Below, one piece after another: positions 23,917 to 35,115 of a stretch of 64,000 nucleotides of DNA. The number at the start of each line of letters is the position of its first letter. Positions within the stretch are counted from its first letter, which is position 1. The DNA is from Ostrea edulis. Lineage: Eukaryota. The position numbers were made by a program, and so were the translations under genes. The stretch spans positions 32,550,001 through 32,614,000 of the forward strand of contig NC_079167.1 of NCBI RefSeq assembly GCF_947568905.1. The letters run 5' to 3'. Under the pieces are notes generated by a model. The model was not told the DNA's origin. It searched no databases and was given only the letters and a program-made list of their open reading frames with translations.

Positions 23917-25903
23917 TCAGTACTTGTCCGGGTATGCCTTCTCTGGATTACGACTCAGTCCGTAGTTCAGAGTGTCGCCGGCGAAACGTGCATATAGTCT
24001 TTCACGCTTCTCGATTTCGGCTTTTATCTTTTCATCCTCGTAATTAAAATAGTCTCCAGCATCTGGATTTGGGTATTCTGTGAGAGATTTTTCCTGAAAT
24101 TTGCAGAATGTTGAGATAATTCTTGTGATCTCTGTAAAATCGTAAACAAATAATGATGAAGAAGAATAATGGTGAAGTTCCGGCATATGGAGTGCCAAAC
24201 TAACGTAAACTCAAATAATTGAACATATCTTTAATTATTTGAAGATATTATCAATTCATTTAATGCGTCCAACAATTCAATTAAAGATATATTCAAACAA
24301 TTAATGGTATCTACAATTCTGAATTATTGTGCGCATCGATTGAATTATTGATAGCAGTGGTTATTCTGCTGAATTTAGGAGCGCTTTAATTGAATTGTTT
24401 CTCTTTTCAATACAGTTGTAGCGCGCATCAATTGAATTGATGCGCGCATTAATTGAATTAATGATATCATTAATTCAATTGATGTGCGCAATAAGTCTTT
24501 TAAAGAGAGCAACTATATGATATTGGAGATATCTTCAATTCAACATATCCACAATTGAATTAATGATCTCTTTGCCATTTTTTAAATAATTGATGCGCGC
24601 ATTAATTTCTCATACGGACGCGTTGTATAAAATTAGAAGATATCTTCAATGGAATTAAAGAGATCATTAAATCATTATACCGAGTCCCAAATCATATTTT
24701 GCGAGCAATACTTCCACCACATTGATGCAGTGTTCTCATCAATTGAATTGATGAGAGCAATAATTGAATTGATTGATTGATTCTATATTGTTTAACGTCC
24801 TTCTCGAGAATCTTTCACTGATATGAAGACGTCGCCATTGCCGGCGAAGGGCTGCACAATTTAGGCCTATGCTCGGAGCTTACGGCCTTTGAGCAAGGAC
24901 GGATCTTTCTCGTGCCACACCTTCTGTGACACAGGACCTCGGTTTTTGCGGTCTCATCCGAAGGACCGCCCCATTTAGTCGCTTCTTACGATAGGCAAGG
25001 GGTACTGAAGACCTATTTTAACACGAATCCCCGGGACTCATTGAATTGATGGACGCATTAAATCAATTATTGCTCTCATCAATTGAAATAATGCGCCCGC
25101 CAAAGCAAATATTGTGCGCAATAATTGAATTGGTGATATCTTCAAATAATTAAAGATATCTTCAATTATTTGACTTTATGCTAATTTAGCGCTCCATACT
25201 GGCGGAAACCGTAACCGGAAGTACGTGTTTACACATACCAGTGATGTTGCCAGGTTAGCTATCTGGTTCTGAACATCCATTTTCCAGTTCTGTAAAAGAG
25301 AAACAAATTAGGTAGACCTTATTTTCATTTATATAAGTGCAAAGTCAGATAAGAGTTCCTAACCTAACATGTTCAATGTTGCATAATTGTACACATGACG
25401 CCAGCAATGCATTATTTATGTCTCTAGACAAAACTTTCTATGTAACTAAGCAGAACAAAACATAAAAGAGTGAAAGGGTAATAAAATACTGAAGAAAATC
25501 AATATCATACATGTACTAGCTGCTAATATCTTGCTATATGTGCGTATACACAGCAAATTGAGGGCAACTATATACTGTGTTTAGACTTTTTTTTCTACAC
25601 GTGAAACCTACTAATACCCTGTACGTAATAAAGCTTTTCTTTTAAACATATACTTTACAGTTTAGTTTTTAAATGAATGGGAAAAAATCAAACTCTTTGT
25701 AACATGGCAGAATGATAGATTTGATATGACGTCAGATGTAGGTGCCCTTAACTGACCTCAAACAACTCTCTCTTTTCCATACTCCACTCGTGGGGGAGCG
25801 TCCATTCCTCGGGGTGTGAGCTGTTCTTATTCAGTCCACTGATAGCGGGAAGGTCTACGCTACTGGCACTGTCCGAAATATCCGAATGGTCTTTGTTGGC
25901 CAT
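23917..25903 (-). CDS. Hypothetical 124-aa protein, 3 exons
   Basis: Exons 25903-25757 (147 nt), 25289-25239 (51 nt) and 24093-23917 (177 nt), all phase 0 with GT-AG sites (GAG|gtcagt, ttttacag|AAC, CTG|gtatgt, atttcag|GAA). Protein: MANKDHSDISDSASSVDLPAISGLNKNSSHPEEWTLPHEWSMEKRELFE-NWKMDVQNQIANLATSL-EKSLTEYPNPDAGDYFNYEDEKIKAEIEKRERLYARFAGDTLNYGLSRNPEKAYPDKY. No family recognised. Confidence 0.75.
24186..25198. mobile_element. MITE with long imperfect TIRs in intron 2 of the 124-aa gene
   Basis: ~65-bp imperfect TIRs (TATGGAGTGCCAAACTAACGTAAACTCAAATAATTGAA... versus reverse complement of ...TTCAATTATTTGACTTTATGCTAATTTAGCGCTCCATA) and internal AATTGAATTGATGCGCGCAT subrepeats; interrupted by a SINE. 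Confidence 0.75.
24768..25038 (-). mobile_element. Deu/Nin-type SINE, nested in the MITE
   Basis: Minus strand contains GGATGAGACCGCAAAAACCGAGGTCC...GGTGTGGCACGAGAAAGATCC (Deu/Nin-like core) and ends in an (AATC)n tail; clearly homologous to the copies at 31205-31725 and 33005-33278. Confidence 0.75.
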
Positions 25904-27619
25904 ACTATTTCACAATGTAAGTAACGTTGGACACGATACACTTCTCTTTTCCGATTTGTATCCCGGAATGCGGTCCACGATCGCTTGTTGTAAGAGGAGC
26001 CGACAGACTAACAGACAAACTGCTACAAGTCTCGACACCTTAAACTGACAATGCACTGGTGCAGTGGCGATCCTTCTGTTAATCAGTTTTCATTTTATCT
26101 CCAAACAAGGCGTTTAATAGGTATAAGAATTAAGTTGTTAAGAGACTACCTCCACCACGATAAGCCGGGGTTATCGGATTTATGAATTACGGTTCGGGTC
26201 CAATAAATACTTATTGACAGGGGGTTTTAAATTATGCATGTGCACTGGGGCCGAACACAGAGAACCTAGCAACTTGTCTTTGAATTGGTCTCAGACTTTC
26301 GATATTCTGCATACATACGTACAGCTTATCCAAGTCTTCATACCTTATCTAATCATCCATTTAAAAAAAACACAATGTAAAATATAAATGAGCTAGCTAT
26401 TTGGGTGCTCACGTCAGCGATACGTGGTACCTAGTAAACGTTACTAATATATCTACCTCTACAAAGCGCCAAACTTCACTGACTTGCAAGGCTTATCCTT
26501 GGATTGTCCCCAAAAGATTTTGTTTTTTGTAATAAATTTACACTTGATCATATTACCTTTAATTGGGTATATAGGCATTACTATGTAAGGACACCTGAAA
26601 TAAAATGTGTGTGGACACCTGCTGATTAAGTAAAATATGAGAAGGTCCTTGTGAGCTGCTGGACTTCACTTAGAGCTGTGCAAAGCTTTATCGCTGTACT
26701 ACTTTCCCAGTTTTTGCTTTCGTGTGATTGCATAAAACTGAATTACATTTTTGACACTTAATGTATGTATGAATTTGACAGTACGTCTAATATGCATTCT
26801 TACTTGAATCAAAATTGTATAACTTGTATGTATACTCCTTAATTAGATTTCAGTGTTTTTTTGGCACTGTCACAACTCTATCTACTTAAGTCGAATGCTG
26901 CTTGAGATAAGGGATCATTGCTCCGTTGATTAGCTCTTAAAATGTAAATCCAGTTTTTAACTCTGTCCGCGATTCACGAGTTGGTCCCTTGTCGTGTAGC
27001 TGTCTGCCGTCATTAACTTTTCACATCTGTGTCTTCTTGAGAAATGCAAAACTAAATGTAACCAAGAGAACGAGAGAGATGTGAAAGGTCGGAGAAAAGG
27101 TATTGATCCGGACGCACAATATTGTAGGTGTCCCAAGAATTTTAGAAAACTCTCTCAAAAACAGCAAGGCCATATATATTTTTTTTTCAAAATTAATGAT
27201 AGTTTGCAGACATCCTATTGCAGTGTGGATTCCGATTTGTCCAGAGAGTGGACCGGGGAGGCCTCAATCAGAGCCGAAGTCATATATATATGTGTATAAT
27301 TTAGGTAAAATCTAACATTGAATCAGGTTCAGACCAATACGTTTTTAAGACATTGAAAATTAGCTGAAAATGAAGTTTTTAAAGACATTCTCATAACTCA
27401 TTTGTAGAACATCATTTAAACGTGATATATATTCTAACATAATTCGATTTATTCTAACATAATTCGGACTTTTAGTCAAATGTATGATAATCATTTTATA
27501 TATTAAAATTCGTGAACTTTTAAAGAGGAATGATAAAACAGCGTCATAATATATGGTTTCCTTTTGAAATTTGAATAAAAATAAAGACACCAGCAATACA
27601 TGTATATTCCTTTTAATTG

Positions 27620-27870
27620 CCTAGCTGGGTAGCTCAGTAGGTTAACATGTCAACTGCTGATCCGTAGTTCATGTGTTCAAATCTAGCAGGGGTTTTAATT
27701 TTTCCAGATTATTTCTACTACTTAAAACTGCATATTTTAAATAAATAAGGTAAATTTGAAACTTTTCAATTTCAAATATTATCTCTTTCGCTTTCCGTCC
27801 ATATTAGATCCCTATGGTGTGTTCTTCCTTAAGCATATTCTCAATGATTAGTTTCGGATAATGATTTCCT
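27620..27870 (+). mobile_element. Probable tRNA-derived SINE/MITE fragment
   Basis: A-box-like TAGCTCAGTAGG and B-box-like GTTCAAATC with a degenerate tRNA body. The 3' extent is uncertain. Confidence 0.45.
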
Positions 27871-29633
27871 ACATTACTAGCACGTGGTCCCCTGACATCG
27901 GAAGTTCGAACTTTTGGTTATAGCGTTTCACACACTGGACGATGTTGGTACCAGAGTCAACACGACAAAGGGTTTCTGATACACCACAGTAAACATAATT
28001 ACACATCATTGAATTTTCTAATAAGAAGATATCGATGCGTCAAAATATTATTAAGCATTGGTGCCCTTGCGATAATGCTACTTGGAAAATTTTGTCTCAC
28101 GAAGATGGGATCCCCTGAAGTGTTTTATTCAGTTTTTGGTCCCTTGGGTTCCGGATAATGGAAATAACAGAGGTTAAAAAAAATTCCATGGGAAGAAAAC
28201 AAGAGGGAAGTCTCGATTTGTTTTGAATGATTATCATGTAATACGTATTGATGTGGTAAAATCTTTCATGATGTAGGATAATATGTATTGATTGATGTGG
28301 TCAAATCTCTTATTATCATCATATTATGACATATATATGTATTGATGCGGTTAAATCTCTTATCAATTTAGATCTGAAATGATGTTCTATGACGAAGATG
28401 AAGGTAGCCTGGTTTCTTCTCTCGGAAACTTGCCAAACATGGATGACCTCACACAAGGCTTTCAAACCTTCCACAGCATGTAAAATTAGCAAATAAACTT
28501 AAAATTACCATATTACCCGCCAGAAAATAGCCAAAAATATTTACATTTACGGTACTCCATTTTCCCCTTAGCATTATAAATTTTCAACTTTTGACATTGA
28601 CTAATCACTGCGTATCAATACACTTGACATAATCACATGTAGACTTCCGTTTGAGAGCATAATACGAGTTTATTGTTAAAATCAAAACTATCATCTAATT
28701 TTTTTTTTAATTGTCTATCGGTTTTGAAAATATAAAAGGTGATATGCTTCGTACCTCTTCATATAGGCATATATTACCTCAGATATTTTCAGTTATTTTT
28801 TAATTAAACATTCAATATTTTTATTATAATTATAATATTCATTTAAAAAAAAGCATTTGGTCTTAAAGCGACTGTCTTTTATAACATCCATTTAAAGTTT
28901 ACACTGACTGGCACAGGACAGAGTGCACATGATATTCACTTAACGACCCGTCGAGGTGTACATCAATATTATGCCAAGTTTCAATAAATATTTATTTAGA
29001 ATCTTATCAATATAACACTTGCTTAAATCATTGATAGTTCGCCCATCAATATTGTTTATTAAAATTGCGGTAATTATTACCAGAAATTTTCGGTATATTT
29101 GACGGATGCGGCTTAATGCATTTCACATTGAACTTCTATAATCGTGGAGCCTCTGGTTGGGCCCGGTTTGTACAACCACGCCAGTTCTTTGTCTTTGTCA
29201 TTCAGGATTAAATGAACTATCAAATTCATTGTGATCCACTAGTAGAGATAAATGTAATATTTGATTAAGTCGATGATATCGGGTCAATAATTCATTCCCA
29301 ATTAAAATTTAAATTTTGAATTCAATGTTTTTGATGAGATAGATCCAGTCTGTCATTTGTGATGGGAAAATATTGCCAGATGGATTGTTTTTCTAAATAT
29401 TAGGGTACAACAAGTAATACTCGGGACTCTGCTGTGTTCCGTCTCTACATTTACTTTGGAATGAATTACTTTTAATTAAGAATCATGGATGGTAATTTAT
29501 GCAGAGTTTTTAAAATGATACAAGTTTAAAGGCGTCGAACCCCGAACATAATAACGATTTAATGGAATTAATTTATATGGAATCTACTTAATGGACATAA
29601 ATTTTAATGAGGTGGTAGGATTTCCTCTATAAA

Positions 29634-30545
29634 ATGCATCCCCCAAAGCCAGCTAGTTCCGCTTCGCGACTGAAGGCGAAGAAGAAGCACGTCATGAAAG
29701 ACATTGAGGAATGGATGGTGAAGGATCTCACACTGGATCTCAATCAGGGAAATACCCGGATGTCGGGCAAAAATGACGACACGGTGACGGAGGTCCGGAT
29801 GCTGAAAGCACGGCTGATAGACTTAGGAGTGGAACGCTACAAGTTTCTTTCTCAATTCTCCCATGAAAAACAAAAGTTTCTGGAAAACCGAAAACGCAAA
29901 GATGCAAGTGCTAAAAATCTGCGTTCCTACTCCACCATGAGTGAGCCCATCATGACCTACGTCCGACCGGGTACCACATCCTCCCGTCAGTCGGGAAACG
30001 AACGCAGCGACGCCGCAAGTACGGTCTCCAGAAAAACCGACTTCATAAGTCCCAAGGAGTACGTCCAAAACAACACTCAACCAAACACACGCCGACCGAT
30101 GCCACCCCACAGAGCCAAAACTGTCCAGTTTATCCCCCAGACCCTCCAGAACAAACACAGAAGCAGAGACAGTCGAACCGTGGTCAGCGAGCCCGCGAGA
30201 CTCGGGATTAGTCGGGAGAACACCATAGCGTCCAGCGTGTACAGTACCACAAACTCTGTGTCCTCCTTCAGACGGGACGAAGACGCACCTTGGTCACGGC
30301 GGAACAGACTCAGTAAATATGGCGGGAAATGTCCCAGCGTCACGGGCGATCCGCGATACGCCTTGCTGGAGGGAGCGCTGTCCTCTACGTATGACAAGCA
30401 CATCAAAACGAATGTGACAGACATTGTGGACAGAATTGAATCGCTTCGTAAACCTCCTAAAAATGCCAAAGAGGCCAAGCCGAAATGGGAGGAGAAGATT
30501 TTTGCCTTTATGAAGGAAGTCGGTATCGATTGGTCCGAGGATTAA
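29634..30545 (+). CDS. Intronless basic, largely disordered hypothetical protein (303 aa), paralog A
   Basis: Long GC-elevated ORF in AT-rich surroundings; aligns with the 37.6-kb ORF in three blocks (N-terminal coiled coil, KxVQF, C-terminal TxDPRYxxLExxL...PPK). Confidence 0.85.
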   Translation: MHPPKPASSASRLKAKKKHVMKDIEEWMVKDLTLDLNQGNTRMSGKNDDTVTEVRMLKARLIDLGVERYKFLSQFSHEKQKFLENRKRKDASAKNLRSYSTMSEPIMTYVRPGTTSSRQSGNERSDAASTVSRKTDFISPKEYVQNNTQPNTRRPMPPHRAKTVQFIPQTLQNKHRSRDSRTVVSEPARLGISRENTIASSVYSTTNSVSSFRRDEDAPWSRRNRLSKYGGKCPSVTGDPRYALLEGALSSTYDKHIKTNVTDIVDRIESLRKPPKNAKEAKPKWEEKIFAFMKEVGIDWSED

Positions 30546-31204
30546 GTGAATTTCATTTTACGGGTGTGCTGGATATTACGTTCAAATTGTGAGGGGGGAA
30601 AACGCAAAATGTCTTTCTTGAATGAACATCCTCAATGGGTATAACATACAACTCTGTATATTAACAATTTTTTTTTTTAAATAGCCATGTATGCAAAGTT
30701 TTAATCTACTAAGTTCGGTGTGAAATCATCCGACAACATTAAAGATGTTGATAGAAACTTTTCATTAATTTCGATTGTATGTCGTCTGAAAGCCAACCAG
30801 TATCACCGAAAAAATTAGTATTGTCGTGTTGCGAGATGAATCTACCCCTTAAAGGGATCATTTTGTTAAAATAATCTTTTAAAGAATTAAAATGAATCCA
30901 AATGACTCGTACAAGTCATTTCCTAAAATTAATAACAATTTTGTGCATTTCTTTCCGAGTTTAAAACGATTATAATCTTCACATTGCTTCACTTAAATTT
31001 TTGTTTCCTGGACTTTTGGCTCTTGTGTAACTTTTGATCAGCCTGCAATTTTTTCAAAGTTGATAAATATCATTCATTTATCTTTTTTCACAATTTAAAG
31101 AAGAATAAGATGATTTGGGATGTGAATAAAAATCACAAAAATGAGCTTTACTATCTCTTTATCTCGCATTATTGAAATAATCTCGAATTTAAGTTGGTTG
31201 TGTG

Positions 31205-31725
31205 TTGTTTAACGTTCCTCTCCAGAATCTTTCACTCCTATGGAGACGTCGTCATTGCTGGTGAATGGCAGCAAAATTTAGGACTCTGCTCGGCGCTTAC
31301 AGCCTTTGAGCAGCAGGGCCGTAAGTAGGGTTCTAAATCAGGGGAGGCAGGGGATTGGGGGCCGCCGATTGACTTTACGACTGAAAATGACACTTTTTAA
31401 ATCCCAATTTATCATGTTTGTGTTTCATTTGTACTATGTAAAGAATCGTAATATGGTGTCAAAGACAAAGGTGCTTGTCTTCATTTTAAACATATATCCT
31501 ATAATATAACATTTATATAATTTTATTTTCTTTTTTGCCAAAAAATCAGACGAGGCAGTTGCCTCGTCTGCCTCATCGGCAGTTACGGCCCTGAGCAGGG
31601 AGGGGTCTTTATCGTGCCACACCTGCCTCGGTTTTTGTGGTCTCATCCGAAGGACAGCCCCCATTTAGTCGCCTCTTACGACAAGCAAGGGTTACTGAGG
31701 ACTTATTCTAACCCGGATACCCACG
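31205..31725 (-). mobile_element. Deu/Nin-type SINE split by a MITE insertion
   Basis: Same family as 24768-25038; removing 31314-31598 restores GCCTTTGAGCAGGGAGG. Confidence 0.8.
31314..31593. mobile_element. 280-bp MITE with 11-bp TIR and 5-bp TSD
   Basis: TIR CAGGGCCGTAA / TTACGGCCCTG; AGCAG duplicated at 31309-31313 and 31594-31598. Confidence 0.85.
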
Positions 31726-33004
31726 GGATCTTCATTTTAAAAGAATGCAAATATCTTTCTGTTGAGACGCCTGGTTAGTATTACATAGAGGAAATGGGGT
31801 TTGTGTTAAATACTGAGAGAAAAATATCAGTTACCCGTCTGTGTCGGTCGGAGAAATAAATCTCAGCATGAATATCAATATGAAGTGAAATAAATAATGT
31901 TCTGACAATCGTACTGTAAATTTTAAGCACTCTACATTGATTTACTATCATAGAACCAAATGTTATCGTCCATTGAGACACTTTCATCTCGTACATTGGG
32001 GTGGGTTTCCCCCCAATAATACTCCATACTTCAATGTAAACTTAGTCTGATAGCCATATTAGCCCACACAATAATATTCAGGAAAATGTTATATCTGAAA
32101 GTATTTTCAATTTCCAGTAATCTTGATATGTTGAGGTTGGTATTAATAGGAATTCAAACAACAGATATACTTAAGGCGATATACATGTAGTTGTTTTCTC
32201 ATTGATTGCGTAATCAAGCGGTAATAATGTTATACTTTTTTCTAGTGGTGCTAAAAGGCTTTCAAGTTTGGTAAATGGAGAGACCATCAAAAGTGCAACA
32301 CAACGTAGAACTTCTAGCAAACTGTCTCAACCTCTCTAACGCTGGCGACTTTCGGTTATGTAAATTGGGCTCTTGGGAATGGGCAAGGGCAAAGGTTGGG
32401 GCACGTTTTCTAAAACTAACTATGTCAAATTCATGACGTATGTACTGAATAAATTTTGTATTGGGTCTGTAGTTCTAAGCAGTGGGTCGCAGCATCGCGT
32501 TTTAACAGAGGTTTACCTGTGTCCCTCACCGTGCGTACCTGCTATCGGTGTCAATGTCAGCAATGTATAATAATCCTCCAACACCTTTTTCTCATCTTCA
32601 GTCCTTTTTTATTGAGAGTTTTAAAAAATCGGGTTTCTTTTTTTTTTTTTTTTAAATTATATCACTTTTCTGTTTTGATCTAATCAATTTATCAAATGCC
32701 CCCATCTAGACAATGACATATCATTTCAACTTCTCCTCGGATCTCAGTTGGATCTCCTTAAAGATGGCATCAAATTTAAATATCTTCCTGTTCATGACGT
32801 TTGCTGTTTGATTCATTAAATGTCGGGCACTTTATTGTACATACGAGTACAGTATCCGGTTTCCACCATTTAGAAACAATGGCGTCAGCTTAGAATAAGC
32901 AAATTCATGACAGTCGATATGTATAATAGTACACAGCTGGCACCTAAAACGGAGCACAGCATTGTCTAGTTTCAACTATGAAATACTCAAGGCTCTTCGC
33001 ATAG

Positions 33005-33278
33005 TCCCGTGAGGATCTGGGTTGAAATAGGTCCTCAGTACCCCCTTGCTTGTCGTAAGAGGCGACTTTATAAATGAGGCTGTCCAACGGATGAGACAGC
33101 AAAAACCGAGGCCCCTTGTCACAACAGGTGTGACACGATAAAGAACCCTCCCTGCTCAAAGGCCGTAAGCGCCGAGCATAGGCTTAAATTTTGCAACCCT
33201 TCACCGGCAATGGTAACGTTCCATATGAGAGGAAAATTATCAAGAGTGACGTTAAACAATATACAATCAATCATACAA
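33005..33278 (+). mobile_element. Deu/Nin-type SINE
   Basis: GTCCCGTGAGGATCTGGGTTGAAATAGGTCCTCAGTACCCCC...GGATGAGACAGCAAAAACCGAGG...GACACGATAAAGAACCCTCC...GACGTTAAACAATATACAATCAATC; a short 3' fragment of the same family lies at ~56515-56570. Confidence 0.8.
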
Positions 33279-34865
33279 TCGCATAGCACGTCGACAATAT
33301 TTTCCCGTTAAAACAAGTCTAAGTATGCTGCATTACGTTTTAAGACAATACCAATGTATACGATGTGGATAGACTGGATTTTGAGGAGGGTTTTTTATTT
33401 TTATTTTGGCAAAACGTTTTAAGATTGTGTGTATTAGATAATTTTTTAGCGTGGTCTAACGTTTGCATGTATAATCATCAACACCATCGATTACAGCATT
33501 ATCTCACAAGACCATTGGTACGGTTCAGAAATATCAAATACGGTGATTTGGAGGTAATAGATGGTTTTCCATCGAAGCGATTAAGCAAGAGTTATTTCCC
33601 ATTGACCGCCATATTGTAGGTTAACATGCCCGGATTCCTTCATTATTCAACCAAAATCAGCCTTGTTATTCTGGTCACTGAGGTGGAGATAAACTGTTTT
33701 TCTTATTAATATACATTTGTTAATGCATCTTTTACTTCATAATTGCAATATTGCGAAGATTTCCCCCCATATATTTCTGTCTTACATGTTTGAAATTGGT
33801 TGCCCAAAGAGGAAAATCCACCAGTTTGACCTACAAGATGGCGGCCAAGGGGAATAACTCTGGGTCAAAATACGTCATATGAAAACCATCTATTGTGTTA
33901 AATATACTAGTGTAATATACTGGACTGATTTTGGGTATCTCTGTGATCTTATCTTGACCACAATCTACTGTCTGTTTAACACGACTGATAGCCCTGGGTA
34001 ACCATCACATGATCTAGATCGGAAACATGTATTTAAATTACTTTGGTCTAGTAAACAATTCCTGTACATAATGACTAAAATCTAAATAGCAAATAGATAT
34101 TATCGTGGATTCTATCGACTGTGCCCATTGTAAGCTCCCCCGATGAACAGAACAGTAAAATTTTATAAATATCGCGACGCATAATTTAAACGAGCAGGTG
34201 CGTTTTACGGATTTTACTTAATAACACGAGATAGATACCGGGAATTTTAACAGAGACTTTCGTCATCTTCCTGCTCTTATCTGGACAACCTGTAGTTATA
34301 CTTCCTTGTTATTGTGACCAGTGTATAAATATTTATTATGATTGTTGTAAGATAAAGCCGGGGATGCACGAACCCTGAATCCGTCACTTCCGTATCAAAC
34401 GAACTATATTTATATATAGCGCCTTATAGACTACAAATAACCACTCTAAAGCGTTACTCACACACACACACACACACACACACAGCATGTTATAACAGTA
34501 GTAAAAGGTAATTACGGTAGCATTAAGACAGGTAATATCAAAACAATGCTAGCAGAACATCAATAATGTGAAGTAAAATTACTAAAATTTAAAACATGCG
34601 GTGCATTAAGGAAGTTCCACGGCGTACAATCAAATAATATAAAATACAATAGTTGAAATAAATATACACTTGAATAGCTATAAATGTAGTGTGTTGAGGG
34701 TGCATTGATGCATTGATTCTCTACGATCAGAAATGATGATCGTTAGTTTTTATATTTCTCCCATCGATCTCTGATTTCTTCATTGGCGATTTCAAATGAT
34801 CCAGGCCAGATTACCCTGGTTTAGGTTATTGGAACACCTTCTGGTTACTGCTAAGTCAATTAGGA

Positions 34866-35115
34866 GTCCTGTACTAAGATGTGTTTATCTGACTGGTTAC
34901 CACTAAGTCCTGTACTAAGATGTGTTTATCTGTCTGGTTACCGCTAAGTCCTGTACTAAGATGTGTTTATCTGTCTGGTTACCACTAAGTCCTGTACTAA
35001 GATGTGTTTATCTGTCTGGTTACCGCTAAGTCCTGTACTAAGATGTGTTTATCTGACATTCGTCCGGCATCTGTCTGGTTACCGCTAAGTCCTGTACTAA
35101 GATGTGTTTATCTGA
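34866..35115. repeat. 41-bp minisatellite, ~6 copies
   Basis: GTCCTGTACTAAGATGTGTTTATCTG(T/A)CTGGTTACC(G/A)CTAA units at 34866, 34907, 34948, 34989, 35030 and ~35089. Confidence 0.9.

Noticed and set aside
27060-28495. Possible plus-strand micro-exons and a terminal exon (SEMMFYDEDEGSLVSSLGNLPNMDDLTQGFQTFHSM*, then AATAAA)
   Set aside because: I could not assemble a phase-consistent gene model or recognise any motif; it needs RNA-seq.
29823-30478. Minus-strand ORFs overlapping paralog A (likewise 12560-12973 over the GPCR and 37873-38058 over paralog B)
   Set aside because: These are antisense shadows of genuine coding regions.
34395-34760. Possible L2/CR1 LINE 3' tail around a (CA)n tract
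   Set aside because: Only a short tail-like motif (TTTATATATAGCGCCTTAT...AAAGCG) is visible, with no coding remnant; too weak to annotate.
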